Positions 12,925 through 23,298 of a stretch of 64,000 nucleotides of DNA are shown here, piece after piece. The translations under genes were made by a program, and so were the position numbers. Under the pieces are notes generated by a model, which did not search any database, was not told the origin of the DNA, and saw nothing but the letters and a program-made list of their open reading frames with translations. Position 1 is the first letter of the stretch. Each line of letters begins with the position of its first letter. Origin of the DNA: Octopus vulgaris (taxonomy: Eukaryota); the NCBI GenBank assembly GCA_951406725.2, contig OX597814.1:92752001-92816000 (forward strand), written 5' to 3'.

Positions 12925-14636
12925 GGCCATCTAATAACTACAAATTTTAACTACTAAATATTGTTAAACACACCTCTGCAAATACAATGTACATAAGCAA
13001 TTCACTTCAAATACAACGAACAACCGACAGTGAGAGCTCATGGGAGGCTATAGGTTAACCCAATACCCGACTGGTACAACATACTATTGACCCTACGAGA
13101 ATGAAAGGCAAAGAGATGGTGGTGTGGATTTCCACCTCGGCATCCGAAACTCAGAGTTTTATCTTGGCTACATATTATTTTTACAGATAAATTCCTCTAT
13201 TTACATAATATTGAGGTCTCTTTCTTTCTTTTGTTATCTTACCGTTTTTACCTACGCGTGTGTGTGTGTGTAAGTTTTTACCGAGGTATGTATGTATATA
13301 TATTATTTCTCAAAGAACTTGCAGCTTTAGAATTCGATTGATGATCAAATAGATCAATCACATACGAAGCTATAGCAAGTTTACGAAGTCGGTACAGGGA
13401 TCGGATTTTAAGCAAAGTTGACATGTCCGAGATACGTATTTGAAAAATCCTCTCTTTTTTTAACCCATTCATTCAGAATGCTTTTAAGGAATTTAGTATC
13501 GGTCTAAGTATTTGACTGGGATTTGAACTCTAAACACAACGGACCGTAACTATATAGTGGGTCTGTCTGTACAGCTTTTGTTCATCAGCTGTAAAAATAA
13601 AAGTGACAGACCTGTCTGTGTGGTAAGAAGCTTGCTTCTCAACCACATGGTTCCGGGTTCACTTCTACTGCATGGCACCTTGGGCAAGCGTCTTCTACTT
13701 TCGCCTCGGGCCGAACAAAGCCTTGTCAGAGGATTTGGTAGACGTATGTGTGTATCTTTGTCTCTGTTTTTAACCTCCACCAACTTTTGACAACCAGTGT
13801 TTGTGTGTTTATATCCTCGTAACTTAGCGATTCGGCAAAAGCGACCAGTACAATAAGTACCAGTCTTTTTTTAAAAAATAAGTACTGAGATCGATTCATT
13901 TGACTAAAAATTCAAGGTGGTGCCCCAGCATGGCCACAGTGTAATGACTGAAGCAAGTAAAAGAGATAAAAGAGAAATTCAAACTCAACCTGTACAATAC
14001 TCAGTCATTCGACTGCCTAAAAATTGCAACTAAATCTCCCTGAAATCATACTCCATCGTCTTAAAAAGAAAACAAGAAGAAGGGTAACCTAGATACTGTG
14101 CCAAGGGTCAAAAGTGAGGAGGTGATGATACATAAAGAGATAAATAGATAGATAGATAGGTTGGTAGGTGTGTATGTGTGCATAACTTAGAGGTTTGGCA
14201 TACAGAGACTGATAGAATAAGTACCAACCCAAAAAAAGTATTGAGGGTTCAACAAAAACTCTTCAAGGCAGTGCCTCAGCATGGCCACAGTTCAATGATC
14301 GAAACAAGTAAAAGATAAAAGATATGTGTGTGTGTGTGAAAGTAAAGATGACTGAATCAAGATGAATTGATAAATGGCAAGGAAATCACTCGGTTTGTTT
14401 CTCATCCTAAGCTGATGAAAAAGCCTTCATTGGGCCTAATTTCACAGTGAGACAAAACTCATATGGATATAATTGCATATATTAATTTAAGAATTAGTTA
14501 ATCTGTCATGAAAGCTTGAATGAAAATGCTTCATAAAATCTTTCTGTTTTCAAATTGGAACTCAACTCACGTCTCAAATTTGTATCAAATTATTTGAATA
14601 GTTAAATCAGTATTTCTAATATTTTCCCATTTACAG

Positions 14637-14787
14637 AATGCTAACAAGATGTCAGCTGAAGAATTTGAAGAACTTCGTCGTCAAAGAATGGCTCGAGGTC
14701 TTCCTAAAAAGAAGCCAATCGATGGAATTAAACATGTTATTGTTGTATCTTCTGCAAAAGGTGGTGTTGGCAAGTCAACAACTGCAG
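14637..14787 (+). CDS. NUBPL: NUBPL exon 2 (deviant Walker A, SAKGGVGKST)
   Basis: ttacag acceptor, gtaaga donor; MARGLPKKKPIDGIKHVIVVSSAKGGVGKSTTA matches the Ind1/NUBPL N-terminal signature. Confidence 0.97.
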
Positions 14788-15019
14788 GTAAGATTTCAAT
14801 ATCTTTCAGGGAAACTTATAGTGATGGGTGTAGGCATGGCTGTGTATTAAGAAGCTTTCTTCCCAACTACATGGTTCCATGTTCAGTCCCGCTATGTGGC
14901 ACCTTGAGCAAGTGTCTTCTACTATAGCCTCAGGTTGACCAAAGCCTTGTGAGTGGATTTGGTAGACAGAAACTGAAAGAAGCCTGTTATGTATATATGC
15001 CAAATGTTGTGTGATCATG

Positions 15020-15862
15020 AAAATTTTCAGCCATCCATTCTTGTGTTACTAGAGCCATGTGTGATAGTGCAGAGTCTTACACATATGACCTTCCATTGCA
15101 TACACTGTCTAACAATTATTTTCAGGACCTCAATGAAGGGCAGAGTTAACTCTAAAGCCTTGTGGAAAGAAGTAAGGAGGCATCACATGTCCTTCATTGC
15201 TGACAACCCCTAAAACCATAACAGTTGCAGGAAATTTTGTATGCAAAACCCTTGGAACTTCAGAAGGCCTGCTCATAACCATCTGTCATTTCTTTTAACT
15301 TTTTGATCTTGATCAAAGTTTTTCTCATTTGAGAAAAACTTAATCAAATCTTCTTCTGCTGGATTTTTCAGTTTGTTTAAAAGCCTTTTAGATCTGATGT
15401 AATGACTTTTTTTTTCCTGACAAATTGACTTTTCCTCATCATATAAGACTTATATCTATTGTCTTCGTGGGCAACAGTTCTGACTGTTCCTTCTGACACA
15501 TGGACATCTTTTTGCAATTGACCTCATGGACTTTCTGGGATTGTAATCAATGGTCTGTTGAACTTGCTGGATAAATTCAGGTGTTCTGATGTTTTCAGAG
15601 CATTTAGAATGCTTTTTATCCTTTGATACTGGTAATACATTTCCATCTTTAGACGAAAGATCTGGCAACTTTTAAAAATCGAGGTATTTCTAAATCGCTA
15701 TGCTCAGCCTTTATAACCACAATAATAGCATGCCTCTTCATTTCTTGAGTAAGCTGAGAGTCTGCCATTGTTATTTTCTGAAACAAAGATTATACAGAGT
15801 TAGTGAAAAATGCAACAATGACCCAAAAAAGGTATGTCCTCAAATACCTTTTGCACTCTGTA
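15020..15862 (-). mobile_element. Degenerate Tc1/mariner-superfamily transposon
   Basis: IRTPEFIQQVQQTIDYNPRKSMRSIAK helix-turn-helix remnant; boundaries approximate. Confidence 0.65.
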
Positions 15863-15864
15863 TA

Positions 15865-15897
<33 letters not shown>

Positions 15898-15964
15898 AAT
15901 TAGTAATGCAATACGAGAGTATTGCTTTCCAGTAAAGAATAGCCCGTGAGGGAAAATTATACAT

Positions 15965-16007
<43 letters not shown>

Positions 16008-16254
16008 TATATTTGGCTCAACATTTCATTTTAAGTCCTATAGCAAATATTGTTTTAATCATTACTATATCTATGTATATCTGCATAAATACATAAACAT
16101 ATATAAGTTAATTATGAAGAACATTTACAAGGTACATAAACATATGTATATATAATATGATATAATATACCATATTATATTGTATTATATTATATTATAT
16201 TATACTGTCTTCAGAATCACATATTTAAATGGGGTTTTTTTTATCTCTTTCAAG

Positions 16255-16289
16255 TCAATCTGGCATTGGGTTTAGCTGCATTAGACAAG
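16255..16289 (+). CDS. NUBPL: NUBPL exon 3
   Basis: 35 nt, VNLALGLAALDK; tttcaag acceptor, gtaagt donor; phases fit neighbours. Confidence 0.95.
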
Positions 16290-17101
16290 GTAAGTTTAAT
16301 TATTATTTAATACCTTTTAAAAGGATGATAAATGATATTCAAGGAAATAGAACACTGATTAAACCCTATATTTCTAACATTTGTCAACAAGAGAATAGTG
16401 GTGCCTGGTTATGTCATCTCTTGGCTTGACTTTCAGTATATGTATGTATGTGTGTGTGTGTGTATTTTCTATTTGTTTCTGTCATTGACGTTAGGAAGGG
16501 CATCCAGTTGTAGAAACCATGCCAGAACAGACAGTGAAGCTGCCTGGTGCAGCTCTGGTCAAACCATCCAACCCATGCCACATGGAAAATGGACATTAAA
16601 AGATGAAGATGATGATTCGACTACAGCTATGTTGAGGCACAACCTTGAAGGGTTTAATTGAACATATCAACCCCAGTATTTATTTTTTAAACTTGGGACT
16701 TATCCTATAGCTCACTTTTGCCAAACTGCTAAGTTACAAGGACATAAACAAACCAACATCAGTGTCAAGTGGAGGTGAGGGACAAACACAAAAACAAAGA
16801 TACACACTCATAGATACATGTTCATGTATTCATACGATTGGCTTCTTTCAGCTTCCATCTACCATACCCACTCGCAAGACTTTGGTCAGCCTAGGGTTAT
16901 AGAAGAAGGCACTTGCTCAAGGTGTCACACAGTAAAACTGAATCCAAGACCATATAGTTGGGAAGCAAACTGTCTACCACACAACCACACCTATACTTAA
17001 TGCACAGCATATCTAACTCTTAGAGAGTATGTACATATCTCTGCTTTCATCCTTCTTGGATTTCATTTGTCTTTACTGCAATGAGAATTCTGCCAACCAG
17101 C

Positions 17102-17132
<31 letters not shown>

Positions 17133-17224
17133 AGTAAGCGCATAAATGCAAAACAAGGTCATATGCAAATACCAAAGGTAGAGTAATATGCTTTTTTATT
17201 AAAGCTGCAGAAATATCACAAAAG

Positions 17225-17266
17225 AACTGTTACTCAGAGTTTCACGTTTCCGTTCATTGGACAGTT
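17225..17266 (-). ncRNA. Degenerate minimal hammerhead motif
   Basis: aactgt-CCAAUGA-acg gaaa cgt-GAAA-ctctgag-UA-acagtt; all three stems pair, core carries two substitutions. Confidence 0.55.
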
Positions 17267-17342
17267 GTGATCAAGACTGGAATCAGTCTTGATCTAGACT
17301 GAAACTCTGAGTAACAGTTTTTTTGTGTTGTTTTTGCAGCTT

Positions 17343-17700
17343 CACATGACATATGTTATGGTTTTTTAGACTATAGGTGCCTACAAATGGAATATTTATG
17401 TTTTGGTTTTGTGTTAACCCTTATTGTAAGAGTTTCTCTGTAGGAACAGATTAGGCTCTTTTACCTTGATTATGGCTTGATTTACTAAGTTGTTTAGGCA
17501 TTTTTATTCTTGAAGGAATATTTTTAGTTCTACCAGTTATCTCTCATTCTGTTTGTGCCTAACTTTTGAACATATACATCTTACTATATTAAATGAGGTA
17601 TTCCTTTTAATATGGAATGGTTAACCAGATTTAAAGTCTAAGTATTGGTATGTCCATCTCTTTGCTGTAAGAATTTATTGTAATGGTCTTGTGAGACTGT
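17343..17700 (-). mobile_element. Possible PLE GIY-YIG endonuclease C-terminal relic
   Basis: highly degenerate minus-strand translation ending ...SICRH, adjacent to the hammerhead-bearing inverted repeat. Confidence 0.35.
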
Positions 17701-18235
17701 TACAAAGTGGTTGACATTAGGAAGGGCATCCAGTTGTGGAAACCATGCCAATGTGGCAAATGGATAATGACAGTCTTTGGATTCACTGGATCTTGCCAGA
17801 CCACCCAACTCATGCCACTATGATATAAAATAAACCTTGACTGGGTATATGAATACAGGCACAATTCTGATCTACAGCAGTCTTCTACTGTCTGAGGAGC
17901 AACAGGCAATGTCCATGCTCATAACCTTCTTCAAGGCTTTGGAGATGCGTAAGAAAAGGGAAGGAAAGGAATCCTAACTCATGGATTGCTGCTGTAAGAG
18001 GCAGCACACCAAAATATTGTATTATTCTCAAATCAGAGACCTGGTGCAAATACTTGAGCCATCCAAGGGTTGGGTCATAGATCAACTCAATTAGGGTCAA
18101 TGAATGGCTACACAGTAAGAACAACAAAATGTAATCTGGTGTCTGGCATATACAGGGGTTGATTAAATGATCATTATTTATTCTTGATATAAACTGTAGC
18201 CATCTGTCAACATAGGAAATCATTTCTCTTTACAG

Positions 18236-18326
18236 GACAAAACAGTAGGCATCCTTGATGCTGATATTTTTGGTCCATCAATTCCTAAGATGATGAATCT
18301 ACAAGAAGAACCAGAACTTAATCATG
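18236..18326 (+). CDS. NUBPL: NUBPL exon 4
   Basis: 91 nt, DKTVGILDADIFGPSIPKMMNLQEEPELNH (Mrp-family DxDxxGPS motif); tttacag / gtaaaa. Confidence 0.97.
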
Positions 18327-18436
18327 GTAAAATTACTGTGCTTGCTTTAATGATAATAATAATAATGATAACAATAATAATAATAATAATAATGATAACG
18401 ATAATAATAATAATAATAACAACAACAACAACAATA

Positions 18437-18990
18437 AATGCGCTGATGCAGTACCAGGCAGTGGCTCTCCTGGCTTCTGATCTTAATTGATTGGAAGTGT
18501 TATCATGTACATTGTTTTACCTTGGTATAAATGATGGGCTACAGCAAATATTCTGCTCAGTACCACAGGTTTGCTTGTCAGTTGCTTGATCTTAACCAGT
18601 TGAGCATGTCCCTTAGTGACTGACAATATGTGCATCTCTGATCATGAGCAGAAGTAGTGGGGGAGCATCATAGCCATGTGTTGAAATTCTTTGGGGTTTG
18701 GATAATTCACCTTTGGAAACAGGGGTGTTTTGTTCAACATCCTTAAACAACCATTATTCAGGTACCTTTTAAGTAGGATGGGTTACGCAACCTGAAGTAA
18801 ATTCTAACTGGGCCCCACCTGCAAAGTCATGTACTGTTTATCTTGATATGAGATCACTGTGTCATGCACACATGGTTGTTATGCATGTGCATGGTGTACC
18901 CTTATCAGATGGGTAGTCATGAATAGTATACTGGGCTTTGTATATTTTACCCCAGTGTCACTTTGATGGCATGCACAGCTCTCTCACTCA
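18437..18990. mobile_element. ~550-bp element embedded in an (AAT)n array
   Basis: higher-GC unique block flanked by (AAT)n on both sides (18350-18436, 18990-19013); class not determined. Confidence 0.45.
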
Positions 18991-19702
18991 ATAATAATAA
19001 TAATAATAATAATACGCATAAAATAATTTATCAGCTATGTGTATTTATTCACTATCATTGTAAAAAGATAATGTAAAAGCAGGAGGCTGTCAAATAACAA
19101 ACAGAGAGTAAGAATAACAGTATGTATGTGTGTATGTATGCACACATGTATGCATGCATGCATATATATGAAACACATTTGCTGAACACTGATGACATGA
19201 ATTACCAAGATTATATAATGTTTCAACAGCAATTATATAATCCTGGCTGTTTACTGTATTTTATTAACACTGTTCCATGGTTTGATACTTTGCTTCATAT
19301 CTCACTGGATATAGAAGTGGAGTGTGAAACCTACCATTGGTCCCAAACTTAGGTGACACTTTACAGCTTATGTGTACATACATACATACATACATAATAC
19401 ATACATACATACACAATACATACATAATACATACATACATACACAATACATACATAATACATACATGCATGTGTACGTGTGTGCATGCATGTTTGTGTGT
19501 GTATAAATCAGACATTGGAGCTCAATGCAGGTTCCATTGGTTCCTGTCAAACTATGTCAGCAGGTTCAAGGGTGTTGAATGATGACAATGATGGTGATGG
19601 TGATAGTGGTGGTGGTGTGTGTGCATGTATATATAGTAGGATTTTTTAATTTAATTTTGTATAAAATTGTTTAAAAAACTACATTTTAAAATTATTTTCC
19701 AG

Positions 19703-19742
19703 CTAACATGATGATACCTCTGAAAAATTTTGGCATAAAATG
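19703..19742 (+). CDS. NUBPL: NUBPL exon 5
   Basis: 40 nt, ANMMIPLKNFGIKC; ttttccag / gtaatt; phases 1 and 2 fit neighbours. Confidence 0.93.
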
Positions 19743-20030
19743 GTAATTATAGAGATTTTTTTCTTCAAAAATGATTGGTTGATTAAAAGAAATTTTGATT
19801 TTATTAACATTATTTAAAATTTGTGTTTGGAAAATCTTTGATCTGTTTAGCGATATTCTATTACCATGGGTGCAGGCTTCACCACCAACCAAATGTAGCC
19901 CAAATTTGATCCTACAAGTGACAGGCTGTCATTTATTTTTTGTGCATGCTGTGTCTAGAGAAAGAGGCAGTCCCACATGAAACTGGCCCTCTGAAATTGA
20001 TGGGATTAATGCTGGTAATGTTTCATTTAA

Positions 20031-20242
20031 CCTTTTAGCATTCAGGTTACTCTGTCAAATTTAATATTTATTCACATTGTTTTAAATTAATCATGCATTA
20101 TTTTGTAGCTCTGTGATGCATGAAATTGCTTTATTCTTAGAATGACATTGCAGGGTAGGTGTGAGAGGCCAGATACGCCCAGTTTGAACATAAAACAGTC
20201 AGAATATTTTGGCTGGATATGGTTGGTTTAAATGCTAAAGGG
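20031..20242. mobile_element. piggyBac-type MITE (partial copies at ~31022 and ~38905-39085)
   Basis: TTAA-ccttttagcatt...aatgctaaaggg-TTAA. Confidence 0.78.
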
Positions 20243-20427
20243 TTAAACTGCTGCAGGTCAACACCTTTGGGCAAATATCATCTAAGGTAGTCTTAGGTTG
20301 CTTAATACTTGTGGATGGAAGTTGATGAATGGAAACTGTCTATGCTTATTTATTTGTTTTCCTGAGAGAAGGTCCTCTCTTCATGGCAACATTATCATTA
20401 TTTTTATTTTATATTTTTGTCTTTTAG

Positions 20428-20518
20428 CATGTCAATGGGATTTTTAGTTGATGAAAAGTCTCCAATTGTATGGCGAGGTCCAATGGTCATTTCTGCCATT
20501 GATAAATTGCTCAGACAG
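20428..20518 (+). CDS. NUBPL: NUBPL exon 6
   Basis: 91 nt, [30 protein letters not shown]; cttttag / gtaaat. Confidence 0.97.
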
Positions 20519-21697
20519 GTAAATATCAGGTCAACACCTTCGGACAAATATCATCTTCTGTAGTTTCAGGTTGCCTAATGGAAGCTAATGAATGGAAATT
20601 GTATGGAAGCCTATTGTGTGTTATATTTCAAGTGATATTTCATTAACTCTCATTAACTAAGATCTTTGTTTTTCATTCCTTATAATGGTAACTCAGCACA
20701 TATTTTATAATGGTTTTGTTGTTAACTATAATTACAGTTTACTTCTTTCTCATTTCAACATTTTCAGTCAGAGTTCAACCTTCATTGCTCTGATGAAATT
20801 TTTGCTGGTGATGTAACATGTTAATTACATGCAAATCAGTTCACAAAATCTCTTTCTATTGGCCAATAAAAATAAAATGTGTTCTACATCAAATAAGATA
20901 AGGAGAATTCCACAAAGCACGCCACTATCAAATATGTGTTAACACACACACACACAACAAGGGAGTTAACATCGTTTGTACAACTAGTAATGTGTCTACA
21001 TTTTGAGGGAGTTGCCTCCCCTGGCAATCTCTACTTCTTAAATATATTTTGTTAGGTGATGTAATTGTTTTGCCTTTTGACTCTTTACGTTCCGGGTTCA
21101 AAGCCCGCTGGCGGGAATCTTGGTGAGCTTGTAGAATCATTAGAATGTCGAACAAAATGCTTAGTGACATTTCTTCCCGCTCGTTATGTTTCGAGCTCAA
21201 ATCCCGCCGTGCTCAACTTTGCCTTTCATCTCTCCGGGGTTCGATAAAATAAGTAAGTTAAGTATGGGGATTGATGGTATTGACTAACCCACTCCCTTTA
21301 AAATTGCTGACCAAAATCAGAGATCATTATTACTAGGCTGAGAGAACGAGGAGTCGCCACTGAAATGGTAGTGGAGCGGTATGAACAATACTTTGCAATA
21401 TTTATTTACGTTCCTTTACGTTTTAATTTATATCCTGTTGAGGTTAACTTCGCTTTTATCTTTTCGAGATTAATTAAATATGTACTGGTCATGTGTTGTG
21501 CTCGGACAGCAGATGGCAATACTGAAACTGACGTAAAACTAAGGATAGCTAAAAGTGTTAAGAGTATTTAATAAGCTCCAATCAATATGATTATCAAAAA
21601 GTCACATCACTAACTAAATCAAATTTATTCAGGCCAGCTATAAATAATAGATTATAAATATTGGATTTTAAAACTTTGTACAGAAGAGAAATTCGTT

Positions 21698-21770
21698 GGA
21701 TTGCTTTGGTCCAGTAGTAGAATATTTGTCATGTCTACAGGAGATGTAGGTTCAAGTCCTATGGACAGCC
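21698..21770 (+). pseudogene. tRNA-like relic, possibly Asp(GTC)-derived
   Basis: 73 nt with A-box-like tggtccagtagtag, B box ggttcaagtcc in a paired T arm (gtagg/cctat), downstream T run; acceptor and anticodon stems poor. Confidence 0.35.
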
Positions 21771-21931
21771 TTTAACTTTTTCAATCCAAAGAGTTTTTCT
21801 TAAACAGATTTTATTTATATGCTATTATTTATGGCTTTATCTGCTTCAAGATTCACCATTTCAAAAAATAATTTCTATACATTGAATAGTGCTTTCTAAT
21901 TTGTAATGCAAAATAATTTATATTTTGTCAG

Positions 21932-22025
21932 GTTTCATGGTCTAATACTGACTACCTCATTGTGGACATGCCTCCAGGAACAGGAGATACGCAGCTTTCT
22001 TTGACTCAAAATATACCAATTGCAG
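21932..22025 (+). CDS. NUBPL: NUBPL exon 7 (Walker B region, DMPPGTGD)
   Basis: 94 nt, [31 protein letters not shown]; ttgtcag / gtaaat. Confidence 0.97.
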
Positions 22026-22204
22026 GTAAATAAAAACTGATGTGCTTACACTTAGACATTTTAAGGGATTGGTGTGCAGTAGATAAACCACACCTGATAT
22101 ATCTGGTTTCAGAACCAGCTTCTAGTTGCTATATAAATATATCTTTGTGTCTATCAGAAAATGCTGTTAGTGTAAGGTGGCAAGCTGGCAGAAACATTAG
22201 CAAA

Positions 22205-22440
22205 GGCGGCGAGTTGGCAGAATCGTTAGCACGCTGGGCAAAATGCTTAGCTGTATTTCGTCTGCCGTTACACTCTCAGTTCAAATTCTGCCGCAATCGA
22301 CTTTGCCTGTCATCCTTTTGGGGTCGATAAATTAAGTACCAGTTATGTACTGGGGTCGATGTAATCGACTTAATCCCTTTGTCTGTCCTTGTTTGTTCCC
22401 TCTATGTTTAGCCCCTTGTGGGCAATAAAGAAATAAGAAA
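22205..22440 (+). mobile_element. tRNA-derived SINE, Meta-domain-like family (others at ~6982-7214(-), 23340-23545, 23556-23770(-), 43928-44135(-))
   Basis: ggcggcgagttggcagaatcgttagc head; gactttgcct.tcatcctttt ggggtcgataaattaagtaccag central domain. Confidence 0.8.
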
Positions 22441-23091
22441 CTGCTGTTGACCAATAAAGGCTTTGTGTGTGGGCAGGGGTGTCCATCCATGTGGCATCAC
22501 TTGATATTGTAAATGAGCCTCACCATCACACTGAAAACGTGTCTGGTCATGGGGGAAAATGTTGCCCTGCTTGAAAACTGATGAGAGTTGGTGACAGGAA
22601 GCACATCCAGCTATAGAAAATCAGCCTCAGTAACTTCTACCTGACCCATGTAAGCATAGAAAAGTGAACTTTAAATGAAAATTATCTGTCTGTCTATCCA
22701 GCCATCCATCAACCCACCCTTCTTTCCATTTCTCTAGCTAGCTAGCTAGCTATCCATCCATCTATCTATCTATCTATCTATATCTAAAATAGGCATCTGT
22801 ACAGTTTTCAACTACCAAATTTCACTCACATGACATTGGACAGTTTGGAGCTATAGTAAAAGACACTTGTCCAAAGTGCCACTCAGAGTGGCCAGAGTCC
22901 AAATCTTGTGCTTGTGAAATGTAATTTTTTAAGCACAGCCACGTTCAGTCCTCTGAGTTTGTAAAATGGAATTTCAGTCAGTCATAAAATGTTACTCATT
23001 CAATTAACTCTATTTCATTTCATCCATAGCTTTGAGCTAATGCAAAAACCATCATCGTTATCATCAAAAATATATTTTATTCTGCAACCAG

Positions 23092-23298
23092 GAGCTGTAA
23101 TTGTGACCACACCTCAAGATATTGCTTTAATGGATGCTAGGCGTGGAGTAGAGATGTTTGCTAAAGTGAGTGTTCCCATTCTTGGAATCGTACAGAACAT
23201 GAGCATTCATATTTGTTCCAAATGTGGACATGCAGAGCATATCTTTGGCAAGGATGGTGCCCAGAGAATGGCCACAGAGCTTGGCATTGAAATTTTGG
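23092..23298 (+). CDS. NUBPL: NUBPL exon 8 (Fe-S-binding CxxC motif)
   Basis: 207 nt, [19 protein letters not shown]...[19 protein letters not shown]...EIL; aaccag / gtaagt. Confidence 0.97.

Noticed and set aside
21698-21770. Functional tRNA gene
   Set aside because: Acceptor and anticodon stems do not pair well; kept only as a relic
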